From assembly GCA_016699955.1 (NCBI GenBank), contig CP064993.1:270001-302000 (forward strand): DNA of 32,000 nt, given 5' to 3'. The position numbers and the translations under genes were made by a program. This document shows positions 17,687 to 26,560 of the stretch, in pieces. The notes beneath the pieces are model-generated. The model saw nothing but the letters and a program-made list of their open reading frames with translations. It was not told the DNA's origin and did no database searches. The stretch is from Candidatus Saccharimonadota bacterium. GTDB taxonomy: Bacteria > Patescibacteriota > Saccharimonadia > Saccharimonadales > UBA4665. How positions within the stretch are numbered: position 1 is the first letter of the stretch; every line of letters begins with the position of its first letter.

Positions 17687-17917
17687 TTATTGCAACAGTA
17701 AGTATTCGAATAATGCATGTCACGCTGTTGACAGCGGTTCAAGCTAAGCCCCGTAAGCTAATCGCTGAGATCTGGGCTGAACATCTTGTACAAGTTGGAC
17801 CCCTGCTTGGCTACCTACTGAAGCCTGAGAACCCTCTGTCAGAGCCGAAACCGTAGCAGCGCTAATAATTTTTATATCTCTTCTTGGCGCCTTCAGGGTC
17901 AAGTCGAGTTTTTTGGT

Positions 17918-18700
17918 TTAGCGGAGCAGGCGACCGCCGTCAGCGACGATAAGGGAACCGGTGAGGTAGCTACTCAGGTCACTTGCAAGAAACAAAGCAA
18001 CACGTCCCATTTCGTCTGGATCACCAAAACGTTTCATGGGTATAAGTGCCGTAAACTGCTCGATTAGGTCTTGGTTCATTTCACCCATGTGCGTGCCGGG
18101 TGTGCTCACGCCACCTGGTGCAATGCCATTTACACGAATGTTGTCCTCTGCCAGTTCAAGTGCAGCATTTTTTAGGAAGCCCCATACACCATGCTTCGAA
18201 GCATCGTAGGCGGCCAGTCCGACAGCAGATGGGTGCAGTGAATCTATGGAGCACACGGTCACAATGCTGCCACCGGTACCTTGCTCTTTCATCATAGCCG
18301 CCGCTTGCTTTGTGCCAAAAAACACACCCTTCAAATTTACGTCAAGCACTTTGCTGAATTGTGCTTCATCCATATCGGCCAGTTTGACCAGTGGGTATAT
18401 TCCGGCATTGTTCACCAATATATCTACGCTCCCAAAGTTATCCTGCGCCACCTTGAGCAGCGCCTCTATGTCCTCTGCCTTGCTGACGTCACAGTGCCAT
18501 GTTGCCGCAGAATCTGTCCTCAAACCATTGAGTTCTCCGGCGAGGGCATCCATTTGCTCCTGCGCAAGGTCGCCAATGACTACGTTAGCACCGGCTTCAT
18601 GCAACCGCCGTACAATTGCTTCGCCAATTCCCATTGCGCCGCCAGTAATAACTGCTGTTTTATGTGACAAATCGATGAGTTGTGAAATAGGTATGTTCAT
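17918..18700 (-). CDS. SDR family oxidoreductase (FabG/glucose dehydrogenase-like)
   Basis: TGGAMGIG cofactor motif, NNAG, and catalytic S...YDASK. Confidence 0.9.
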   Translation of the reverse strand: MNIPISQLIDLSHKTAVITGGAMGIGEAIVRRLHEAGANVVIGDLAQEQMDALAGELNGLRTDSAATWHCDVSKAEDIEALLKVAQDNFGSVDILVNNAGIYPLVKLADMDEAQFSKVLDVNLKGVFFGTKQAAAMMKEQGTGGSIVTVCSIDSLHPSAVGLAAYDASKHGVWGFLKNAALELAEDNIRVNGIAPGGVSTPGTHMGEMNQDLIEQFTALIPMKRFGDPDEMGRVALFLASDLSSYLTGSLIVADGGRLLR

Positions 18701-18782
18701 ACCACTATTGTACTCCGCTTTTGCTTAAAATGAGCTCGCGTTACGTAAACCCGCACTTCACCCATAGCGTTCAGTCTGCGCG

Positions 18783-19778
18783 TTACCTGCGCAGGACAGC
18801 TAGAAGCGCGTCGACAGATGCATCGAGCGAAAAATAACTCGAGGCAGCAGCTCGCTGCCGTTTTGTGGCCGCACCAAGCACAGCGGCTTGGTCGATGCCC
18901 CTTAAAAGTGCGCGTGGATTGCGGGGTTCCACTAGTGTCAGCAAACCGCAGTTTGTCTCTGGCAAACCTCCCATATTGCTCGCCACTACTCGGCAACCCG
19001 CATGTTGTGCCTCTATGGAAAGCATACCGAATGGCTCAGCGTAAACGGAAGGTACCACTAGCACATCACTCCGACCCAGCAGTTCAGCCATATCCTGAAT
19101 AGTTTTTTGAGGTGGCAAAAGCTCAGCATACGGATAACCTTGGAGCATCCGGGCTATGCTCTTGCCAGTCTCAACATGCTGACCGGCCATAACAATGCTA
19201 AATTTATAGCCATTCTTGCGCATGGCCTGTTCGTGCATCATTTCAAGCAGCGTGTAGATTCCTTTTTCGGGATGCAGCCTACCGGCATAAAGTACCCGAG
19301 TATACTTGCTTGACTTCGATCTAGGCGTATTGCCAAATATTGGGTCGGCAAAGGGCAGAACAATGTGAATGTGTCGGTACGGGATATCAAGATACAACGC
19401 CCATTGCTGAGCGTTATATATACTAGTCGCAATGACTGTTTTACCGCGGATGTGCTGTTTATAGAGGTGCTTTACACTTGGTTTCGGTACAACGCAGTGG
19501 AGGATAATGGCTGCTTTGGTTTTGGTAGGTATGTCGTAGGCACGATTCACAAATACAACCTGCCCGCCAAGTTCCTGCAGCTGCAGGGCGTTTTCGAGCG
19601 CCAGAAACGGAATATCAGGAAAATCTTTCCGGCCGTCACGGGTACCATGACCTATCGTGACAACCTGTGCCGGTATCCCGCGGCGTAACAGCTCGCGCAC
19701 ATGTCCTGCAGTATACGTTTCTGACCCGCCTGCGCCAGCGACCATAGGTTCGCCGGGCGGCCAAACGAATGAAATCAT
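18783..19778 (-). CDS. glycosyltransferase family 4 (GT-B fold)
   Basis: C-terminal EPFGMLSIEAQHAGCRVVASNMGGLPE (E-x7-E region) and N-terminal GG.E.Y. The overlapping 99-aa ORF 18697-18996 is a shadow frame. Confidence 0.85.
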   Translation of the reverse strand: MISFVWPPGEPMVAGAGGSETYTAGHVRELLRRGIPAQVVTIGHGTRDGRKDFPDIPFLALENALQLQELGGQVVFVNRAYDIPTKTKAAIILHCVVPKPSVKHLYKQHIRGKTVIATSIYNAQQWALYLDIPYRHIHIVLPFADPIFGNTPRSKSSKYTRVLYAGRLHPEKGIYTLLEMMHEQAMRKNGYKFSIVMAGQHVETGKSIARMLQGYPYAELLPPQKTIQDMAELLGRSDVLVVPSVYAEPFGMLSIEAQHAGCRVVASNMGGLPETNCGLLTLVEPRNPRALLRGIDQAAVLGAATKRQRAAASSYFSLDASVDALLAVLRR

Positions 19779-19880
19779 AGCCGTTCCTTAAGCTAGTGTG
19801 CAGTTAAGCAACGGCCTGTACGAGCGTTTGACCTAAGAGAATCTAGTGGTCTAAGTATAGCACGGTTGGCCCGCTAGAGG

Positions 19881-20588
19881 CTACTTGTCCGCAGGACTTT
19901 TTACCCGTGATGGCCGTTTTTTGGTCTCGAGTTTTTCTTTGGTAGCAGCTGGATGAGGTGTTGTGTCTGCTTGAACTTTATCTGCGCAACTGCACATACA
20001 ACTGCCGTTGCCCTGGCAACCCTGTACGTCTGAGGTGCTTCTTGCCAATCGACAAAGGCGACAACGACACAAACGAACAGCCAGCATAATCAACAGCGCT
20101 GCCGCATAGGCCGCAAGAGTACACCAAAGTAAAAGCCTGGCTCTGTTATCAGTTGCTTTGAGGGATTGTCCGCCTACTACGTAGTAATCTTTTGAGGCAA
20201 CAGTGATACTGGCAATCCGTATGTCTTCGCGCGGTGCCCAGGTAACTGCATGTGGCTTGCCCGGCTTGGCATGCTCCACAACGCCGCGGGGCATTTGCGC
20301 CAGTATACGACCCAGGTAGCCAGATCCGGCGACTGCTTTTTCTTTCTTGTCGTACACAATTACAAACGGCACAGGATTATTAGCAAGGTCAGTCGCACCC
20401 ATGTTAATGCTTTGGAGCCCGAGGCCAGCATCGAGCTGTTTGGCAGCCTGGGTCGCTAGCAGCTGCGGCATGTCGTTAGCAAGACTACGATTCATAACGT
20501 GCAGCAGGCTATACATGCTCCCAAATATTAGTGATATCAGTAAGAAACGAGTGATGAAATGGTGTCTGTGCATATGACTATTGTACAT
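19881..20588 (-). CDS. membrane-anchored hypothetical protein with a Cys-rich C-terminal tail
   Basis: An N-terminal TM (FLLISLIFGSMYSLL), a roughly 130-aa extracytoplasmic domain, a second TM, then RLCRCRLCRL...CQGNGSCMCSC. Sits between the LCP and GT genes on the same strand. Confidence 0.55.
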   Translation of the reverse strand: MYNSHMHRHHFITRFLLISLIFGSMYSLLHVMNRSLANDMPQLLATQAAKQLDAGLGLQSINMGATDLANNPVPFVIVYDKKEKAVAGSGYLGRILAQMPRGVVEHAKPGKPHAVTWAPREDIRIASITVASKDYYVVGGQSLKATDNRARLLLWCTLAAYAAALLIMLAVRLCRCRLCRLARSTSDVQGCQGNGSCMCSCADKVQADTTPHPAATKEKLETKKRPSRVKSPADK

Positions 20589-20605
20589 GTAGGCAAACGG
20601 AAATG

Positions 20606-22300
20606 TTAATTTGTATTGGTTGTGTCGGTTTTTGGTACAGCATTTTCACCCAGTATAAGAATGAAATCGGCCGCTGGATAATTCGCCGTAAGCGTTGGGT
20701 TTGCGACCACGGTCGCTTGATAGGTTTTCTTTAGGTAGGCAAGTGTGCTCGGCTTTTTGCCGAGCGAGTTATCGACGATTGTTGTTGCTGCCTGATTGGC
20801 GGGCGCGTCGCCGGTCGTCAACACCTCTACTCCTTGAGAAAACAATTTATTTTTTGCTTGCTTGGCAAGACCAACCGCGTCTGTACCGTTCAGTATGACA
20901 ACCCCAGCATTTTCCTTGACTAACGGTCCAGCGGAAAATATTTTCTCAATTTGCGCGGCTATGTCGGCAAAATTATCAACGCCTGCAGCAGGTATTAATG
21001 CTGATTGGCCATCGGGCGACGCATAGTTTGAAAGCATGGTGCTGTTTTCGCCTTTTAGGGTGTTGATGTTGTACGAATCTATCTTGGAGTTATCGATGTT
21101 CTTACCGTAGTAGTACAGTGCCTGCATTTCGCTCAGCTGCAGGTCTGTTCTAACATTACTACCGACGGCGTCTACCAGATTGCTGATTTTAAGGGGGTTT
21201 GCTACGACCGATGCGCTTGATGCTCTGTCTTTGATAGCGAGCAGCATTTGACGTTGATGCTCAGTGCGGGTGAAGTCAGCGTCAGTGAAGCCATACGAGC
21301 CATAGCCTTCGCCACGCGCCCTGGCCAAGTTGAGCGCCTGCTTACCGTCAAGTTTGGTTGGGCCATTCGGGTACTTTGCTAGCGCACAACAACGGCGTGA
21401 TGTCCAGTCTAGGCTTGAGTCATAAATGCCATTAGGGTTTTCGCTCTGAATGTTTATTGTTATTCCCCCCACTGCATCGACTAGGTCTTTGAAAGCTGTG
21501 TAGTTGACGAGTGCGTTGTAATGAATGGTCAGCCCCGTCACGTCTTCTACGACCGCTTCAAGCCCCTCCATGCCGCTCTCTGGGAAAACAGAATTTATCT
21601 TGCCGTGACCGCCTTCTGGCTTTTGCACCCACAAGTCACGAGGCACACTAAGCATGAGAGCAGTGTTGTTTTTTGTGTTGATGCTCAGCACCATAATTGA
21701 GTCTGTAAGCTCGCCGCCGTTATGCCCTAGGTCGTCAGCTGAGTTGCCTGCAACCAGTACATTCACGCGGCCGTTATCGTTCTGCAGATCGCTAGGACGA
21801 AACACGCCAAGCAAGCTGAACGGATTATTGTTGCCGGTGAGTTTCGCAATATCTTTATAGAACCGCGCGCCAAAGGCAAGCACCGCTACAAGAAAAATAA
21901 CTCCTAGAATTTTAAAGAATTTTTTTACCTTGCTGCCAGATTTCTTTCGTCGCTTTGTGTCCTTTTTTTCCGATTTTTTAGCGGCTATGGCGGCCTTACG
22001 ACGCTGTCTGCGGGAAAGACGAGGCTCGTCTTCCAGAGGTGCATAGCGTGTTTCGGACCCATCCAGGTGGTAATCTGCCCGTTCTGGCTGTATTTGCGAA
22101 TTTGTTAAAACAGGGGAGGGGATACTGCGCTCTGGCATATCTGGTAAGCCTACCGTTCTTCCCTGAGACGGCGCTGAGGCTACCCCCGGTGAAACTGGCG
22201 TTCGAAACTGTGGTTGGCGCGGACGTTGGCCAGGACCACTCAAGAAGCCATCGACACTCGTGGCTCGCCGAGGTTGAAAACTATCGTATCTTTCGGACAT
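20606..22300 (-). CDS. LytR-CpsA-Psr (LCP) family cell-envelope phosphotransferase with a C-terminal LytR_C-like domain
   Basis: Disordered basic N-terminus, one TM, LCP core (NVLVAGNSADD...TDSIMVLSIN...LSVPRDLWV...KIN) and a C-terminal domain (VVILNGT...GLA). Confidence 0.85.
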   Translation of the reverse strand: MSERYDSFQPRRATSVDGFLSGPGQRPRQPQFRTPVSPGVASAPSQGRTVGLPDMPERSIPSPVLTNSQIQPERADYHLDGSETRYAPLEDEPRLSRRQRRKAAIAAKKSEKKDTKRRKKSGSKVKKFFKILGVIFLVAVLAFGARFYKDIAKLTGNNNPFSLLGVFRPSDLQNDNGRVNVLVAGNSADDLGHNGGELTDSIMVLSINTKNNTALMLSVPRDLWVQKPEGGHGKINSVFPESGMEGLEAVVEDVTGLTIHYNALVNYTAFKDLVDAVGGITINIQSENPNGIYDSSLDWTSRRCCALAKYPNGPTKLDGKQALNLARARGEGYGSYGFTDADFTRTEHQRQMLLAIKDRASSASVVANPLKISNLVDAVGSNVRTDLQLSEMQALYYYGKNIDNSKIDSYNINTLKGENSTMLSNYASPDGQSALIPAAGVDNFADIAAQIEKIFSAGPLVKENAGVVILNGTDAVGLAKQAKNKLFSQGVEVLTTGDAPANQAATTIVDNSLGKKPSTLAYLKKTYQATVVANPTLTANYPAADFILILGENAVPKTDTTNTN

Positions 22301-22351
22301 TGCTTATACCTATTATACTGCGCACCCCTCCCCTGCCAAAGCGGAACGAAG

Positions 22352-22389
22352 CAAAAAAAGAAACACTCCAGAGAAATCCGGAGTGTTTC
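22352..22389 (-). terminator. Rho-independent terminator
   Basis: 10-bp stem GAAACACTCC (22360-22369) / GGAGTGTTTC (22380-22389) with a 10-nt loop. On the minus strand it is followed by T7 (22352-22359). Confidence 0.7.
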
Positions 22390-22404
22390 GTGCCACGGTT
22401 GATA

Positions 22405-22500
22405 TCAGAGTTTCATGATATCTTCGTCGATGGCTAACATGGCGGCGTCGTTACATGGTACTAATTCATACGCCCACCCTTCGTTGACGGCAAATAACAT
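22405..22500 (-). CDS. candidate small acidic protein (31 aa)
   Basis: MLFAVNEGWAYELVPCNDAAMLAIDEDIMKL. AAGGGTGG RBS 5-6 nt upstream of the ATG at 22500, and the terminator at 22352-22389 starts about 15 nt after the stop. No family recognised. Confidence 0.35.
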   Translation of the reverse strand: MLFAVNEGWAYELVPCNDAAMLAIDEDIMKL

Positions 22501-23025
22501 CTCTGCCACCCTTTCTTTTTTGTGAGTCGGGAAGACTTTGTGGCTCCCCTGCTCGGTTTTTGTATTGATTTGTACAACCCTGCCCTGCTATTCGCTCTGT
22601 TTTTTTGAGGTCAGGCAACCGCTTTGCAGTTAGCCTGAAAAATACTCTAGTGCGTGTTGTTCAAACACATGAGCAAGCAAGGTTACCCTACTTTTACCTA
22701 TTCCGTGCCAAAATATGGCACCACGAATAGCACTTGAGCGCCGTATGTATACGAATGCACAATATATGTAGAAAGGTGGTTAGTTTGTACTTTTTGTTTT
22801 TTGAGTGCGTATTTCGTAGTGCACTCTCAAAACTGGTACTCATTATAGCAAAATACTTACGATTTGTCAATATTTGTTATACGGCTCGTTTACTATTGCT
22901 GCATATTGTTGTGTAACAATACATGTCGATCAGATCTTTTCCTACACCCGTTATTGCGGTTCCCTCTGGTGATTCTATGGAGAATGTAGCAGGTCATTAT
23001 ATATTGAGTGGTAAAATGTGTAGAT

Positions 23026-24468
23026 ATGCAGCTAAGCAGAGATTTCACCCTTAAAGTAATACTTGTTGGTCTTATACTCGGAATGATTACCGATGTTTTG
23101 GTGCGGCAAACTATTTTTGGATTAAATTTCTTTATATTCGTCGGACTGTGGGCTGGCATTTGCCTACTAGCAATCATCGCTCAAAATCGACAACTCCGTC
23201 TGCCCGTCACATATACGACACTCGCACTCATAAATGCTGCCCTTGTGGTTTGGCGAGTTGCGCCACTCGTCCAGTTTTGGTCTGTGGTAATTTCACTTGT
23301 TTCACTGGGATTATTAGCTACTACGGCGTTCGTGGAGAACTACCGCGACATCCCCCTCGTAGCACGCATCCCACTACTTTTCTCGCGCTTCAGGCGCGCT
23401 TGCTTAAGCTTGCCGAAAGATCTTTCCGATGGTTTAGGCAGGCGAACCGACAAGCGCATAAAAATTAACCGGGGCATTGTGGGTGCTGTTATATTGGGAG
23501 TAGTTTTCGTGGCTCTCTTTGCATCGGCCGACCAAATATTCAGCAGTGGCTTTAGCTGGCTTGGAGATATTTTCCGTTCACTGAGCAACCGGCTGCAGGG
23601 TTACAACGTTGGCCGACTCTTTACTTTCGGCTTTTGGGCAATTCTGTCTATGGTGGCGCTCCTGCTACTCTTGAAGCCGCAACCGGCCAAAGTTTCCCCG
23701 GCAGTCATCAAGCCCACCCTTACCCTCCGCGATGCCGATACTATCTTGTGGACGCTATCGATTATATTTGCTGCTTTTGTCGTGCTACAACTTCGGTATC
23801 TTTTTGCCGGCGGCACTCTTCCGGATGGTCTTACCTATGCAACATACGCACAGCGGGGCTACGGTCAGCTGCTCGTCGCCACCCTGCTCGCTAGCGCAGT
23901 CATCAAATACGTCATGACCGCACTAAAGACAAGTGCCCATACCCGCACAAAAGCACTGGCAACGGCACTTGTTATTTTGAACAGCATCGTCATACTTTCG
24001 GCCTGGAAAAGACTCAGTTTGTACGAGGCAACTTACGGATGGACAATGGCTCGCTTCGTTGCTCGTCTTGGCCTCGTGTGCATCTTACTTGGTAGCGTAG
24101 CGCTGATTGTCTGGTTGTGGGGTAAGCTGAACTCGCGGCAGTTGTACGCAAGCGGCTGGTATATTGTAGTCGGCGTGCTCATGACCGCTGCTGTCCTAAA
24201 TCCGGAAGGAATTATCGCCCACAAAAACATTGCTGAGCGACAAAATCGCAGCATTTCACTCGATACGAGCTACCTCGCAAACCTTTCTCCCGATGCTTGG
24301 CCAGCCATTTGCGCCGCCGCACCCGAACTTCGCCAGGGGTACAGCGCTGAGTATCAAAACTTGCAAGCAGAGATGCATCAGAAGGGCATCGCTCGGAATC
24401 ACGGTCTCTCCCGTCACTACACAAATACCTTAGCTTTCGCCAAGAAATACGACAGCTGCCTTAAGTAA
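23026..24468 (+). CDS. polytopic membrane protein (DUF4153/DUF4173-like, tentative)
   Basis: About 480 aa with at least 10 hydrophobic helices and a soluble C-terminal tail. The track start is GTG at 23008, but the ATG at 23026 follows TAAAAT (23013-23018). The family call is from memory only. Confidence 0.55.
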   Translation: MQLSRDFTLKVILVGLILGMITDVLVRQTIFGLNFFIFVGLWAGICLLAIIAQNRQLRLPVTYTTLALINAALVVWRVAPLVQFWSVVISLVSLGLLATTAFVENYRDIPLVARIPLLFSRFRRACLSLPKDLSDGLGRRTDKRIKINRGIVGAVILGVVFVALFASADQIFSSGFSWLGDIFRSLSNRLQGYNVGRLFTFGFWAILSMVALLLLLKPQPAKVSPAVIKPTLTLRDADTILWTLSIIFAAFVVLQLRYLFAGGTLPDGLTYATYAQRGYGQLLVATLLASAVIKYVMTALKTSAHTRTKALATALVILNSIVILSAWKRLSLYEATYGWTMARFVARLGLVCILLGSVALIVWLWGKLNSRQLYASGWYIVVGVLMTAAVLNPEGIIAHKNIAERQNRSISLDTSYLANLSPDAWPAICAAAPELRQGYSAEYQNLQAEMHQKGIARNHGLSRHYTNTLAFAKKYDSCLK

Positions 24469-24608
24469 TCACGTACGTTGCGGGAGTAAAGTTTTAAGTC
24501 TGTGGAGGCGCCGTATACGTATAGATGCGGTAGTTAATATGCCACACATTCATGTTATCAAACCGAACCAAAGTGTGACCGACATTTGTGCTCGAGTATA
24601 CTGGGGCT

Positions 24609-25388
24609 ATGACGACTGCCGTGAAGATACGTACAAAACTTGGACTGGAAATAGCGGGGCTGCTTGATACACCGGCAATCAAACTAGATATTCCGCTGGC
24701 GATTTTGCTGCATGGTTTTACGGGGTGGAAGGAAGAAAAACACATCACGTCATTGTCTAAGGCGCTGACTGATGCTGGCATTGCCTCCCTGCGGTTTGAC
24801 GCACCAGGGTCAGGTGAGTCAGGCGGCACGTTTGAGCATGATTACACCGTGACAAACTACATTTCTGCGGTAGAAGATGTACTGCAATATGCGCAAGAGT
24901 TGCCAGGAGTCAATCCCAACCGTATAGCGATATGGGGTCATAGCATGGGTGGATTTGTAGCGCTTGCCTCGTCCGTACGCTATCCTGGCTTCAAAGCAGT
25001 CTGCTGTTGTCAGCCGTCGTCTGGGCCAAAAATGATAAAACCAGGTGAAAAAGAGGCATGGGAATCAACTGGCTGGCAATCATTTAGCAACGAACATTTT
25101 CATGACCTTCGCCTGCCGTACAGCTTTTACCTTGACCGCCAAACCTACCATGCGAGTAATGAAGCACCCAGACTACGTATTCCGTCATTATTTATCGCAG
25201 GCACCCGAGACCGCTCAGTATCGCTTGAAGACATTCGTAAAATGGCTCTGCTAGCGCCCCAGCCGACGACATACTGTGAGTTTGACACAACTCACGGCTA
25301 CCACAAATACCCATTAGCGATGAGAGAAATCAACGCCACGACAGTAAAATTCTTCGTGGATGTCTTACGAAGGAGAGAGAACGACTAA
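24609..25388 (+). CDS. alpha/beta hydrolase
   Basis: Nucleophile elbow GHSMGG, an HG oxyanion region (ILLHGFTG), and C-terminal D/H candidates. The ATG at 24609 is preceded by TATACT; the track start is GTG at 24588. Confidence 0.85.
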   Translation: MTTAVKIRTKLGLEIAGLLDTPAIKLDIPLAILLHGFTGWKEEKHITSLSKALTDAGIASLRFDAPGSGESGGTFEHDYTVTNYISAVEDVLQYAQELPGVNPNRIAIWGHSMGGFVALASSVRYPGFKAVCCCQPSSGPKMIKPGEKEAWESTGWQSFSNEHFHDLRLPYSFYLDRQTYHASNEAPRLRIPSLFIAGTRDRSVSLEDIRKMALLAPQPTTYCEFDTTHGYHKYPLAMREINATTVKFFVDVLRRREND

Positions 25389-25630
25389 AACTCTATGACG
25401 CCGACTCCTGGTGCTCTACGGCGCTGCGTTTTTGCGTACAATCCGATAAACCCAACTCGCTGTAAGCACCACTTTTAGCGCCATCAGACGCTAGGCGAGC
25501 GAGAGCGAATACTTTTAGAGCGCCCCACCCTTTTGAACACCGAGTTCGGGTTAAGTGCGGGATCAGGACAGCGGGCTTCGTCTTTTTCCGCTGCGGCATC
25601 TGGGAAGTAAACTACTGCGCGTCTCGCGCC

Positions 25631-25679
25631 CGCAACCAAGAAAAAACCCCGTGTAAGCTGGGGTATTTTCTTGGTTGCG
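25631..25679. terminator. long hairpin, putative bidirectional terminator between convergent genes
   Basis: CGCAACCAAGAAAA (25631-25644) pairs with TTTTCTTGGTTGCG (25666-25679). An inner ACCCC/GGGGT stem has a 9-nt loop. The GC core is flanked by an A-run and a T-run, so each strand sees stem plus U-tract. Confidence 0.5.
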
Positions 25680-25781
25680 TACGTGCAATCGAATTGGAAT
25701 TTCATTTCTCTTGAATTACTTCGTTGGAACCGAAATTTGTACTGAAATCGTACTATTCGAGTCGATAGCTAGATCTCAAAC

Positions 25782-26303
25782 CTACAGTTTATTCTGTAGT
25801 CGGAGCACTAAAGAGCCAACGACCTCCCGAGGAAGCCACATTCCCAAAGAGCGCGTCCAGCGCTGCTCAGATTCAGGGTCGAAACGATTAGGAAGATTCG
25901 CCGGTATGATTGAGTGGATACCCAGCCTTTTGGCTTGCATGGCAACTCTACCTATGTGATGAGCTTGCCCCACCATAAGAGCAGAGCTCAAACCTTCGCG
26001 CTCCATAAATGCTTTGGCTGCTACAAGAGTGCCCCACGAACCAACTCCTTGGCCTACGCCATTGGAAATTGGGCCCTCGACCACATGATCAACATCTTCA
26101 CCGCTATTAGGGAAGGCATTGACTAACATTCGGTCAGCTACAATCGGTCGCCCGTTAGCAGCCTGAAGAGCAAAATCTGCAATAGCACGATTCGCACTGC
26201 CTTCGCCGATTAAGGTGCCAAAAGAATGCCCAACTACTACATCTGCATCGTCTGGTTTACCATTTACTTCATAGCGCCCCAAAGCGGAAATTATTATATT
26301 CAT
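25782..26303 (-). CDS. DUF218 (YdcF/ElyC/SanA)-like protein, tentative
   Basis: 173 aa. VVVGHSFG...GSANRAIADFAL and VGQAHHIGRVAMQAKRLGI resemble the DUF218 pattern (..LG.....N......A... / ..T..H..RA...). Confidence 0.4.
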   Translation of the reverse strand: MNIIISALGRYEVNGKPDDADVVVGHSFGTLIGEGSANRAIADFALQAANGRPIVADRMLVNAFPNSGEDVDHVVEGPISNGVGQGVGSWGTLVAAKAFMEREGLSSALMVGQAHHIGRVAMQAKRLGIHSIIPANLPNRFDPESEQRWTRSLGMWLPREVVGSLVLRLQNKL

Positions 26304-26341
26304 GATGTTATTTTACAATGATTTATTCCTTAATACAACAG

Positions 26342-26349
26342 GTCCGTAC
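26342..26349. repeat. target-site duplication, left copy (GTCCGTAC)
   Basis: Identical 8-mer at 29707-29714, each directly abutting a terminal inverted repeat. Confidence 0.85.
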
Positions 26350-26421
26350 GGCAATTATCCCCTCAGAGCAAGTAACTAATAATTGTACAAATAAAACAAC
26401 ACCGATGTTATAATGAACATT

Positions 26422-26537
26422 GTCTAGAACCACAAGAAGCCATTTTTTATCCCGAAAATGGGCAGCCATTTGCTAAAAAGCAATAGGGATAAAACCTTTT
26501 TGTGGGTCTAGACAGCCAGCGATGGCTGTCCTTTTTT
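26422..26537 (+). ncRNA. candidate structured RNA (about 115 nt) with its own extended -10 promoter and intrinsic terminator; possibly a leader for the downstream 52-aa ORF
   Basis: TGtTATAAT at 26406-26414. An 18-bp closing helix (26422-26439 / 26496-26513) has one A-G mismatch and one G-U pair. A 9-bp helix joins 26445-26453 and 26486-26494. Two apical hairpins (AAATGG-GCAG-CCATTT and TGCT-AAAA-AGCA) sit inside. The terminator is GACAGCCA-GCGA-TGGCTGTC (26511-26530) plus a T6 run. Confidence 0.5.
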
Positions 26538-26560
26538 ATTAAAAAAGAAATGGAGTTAGA

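Noticed and set aside
17821-17829. AAGCCTGAG 9-mer shared with the tRNA(CAU) anticodon-stem 3' strand (15583-15591), as a possible att remnant marking the island's right end
   Set aside because: The match is only 9 bp with no extension into the tRNA 3' half, where att duplications normally lie. A chance match is plausible within 2 kb.
18697-18996. 99-aa minus-strand ORF overlapping the 3' end of the glycosyltransferase gene
   Set aside because: It is an out-of-frame overlap with a well-supported GT4 ORF. It is Arg/Cys-rich and has no RBS.
22804-22827. GAGTGC-N12-GCACTC, resembling inverted CIRCE half-sites
   Set aside because: The half-site order is reversed relative to CIRCE (GCACTC-N9-GAGTGC), the spacer is wrong, and no chaperone gene is nearby.
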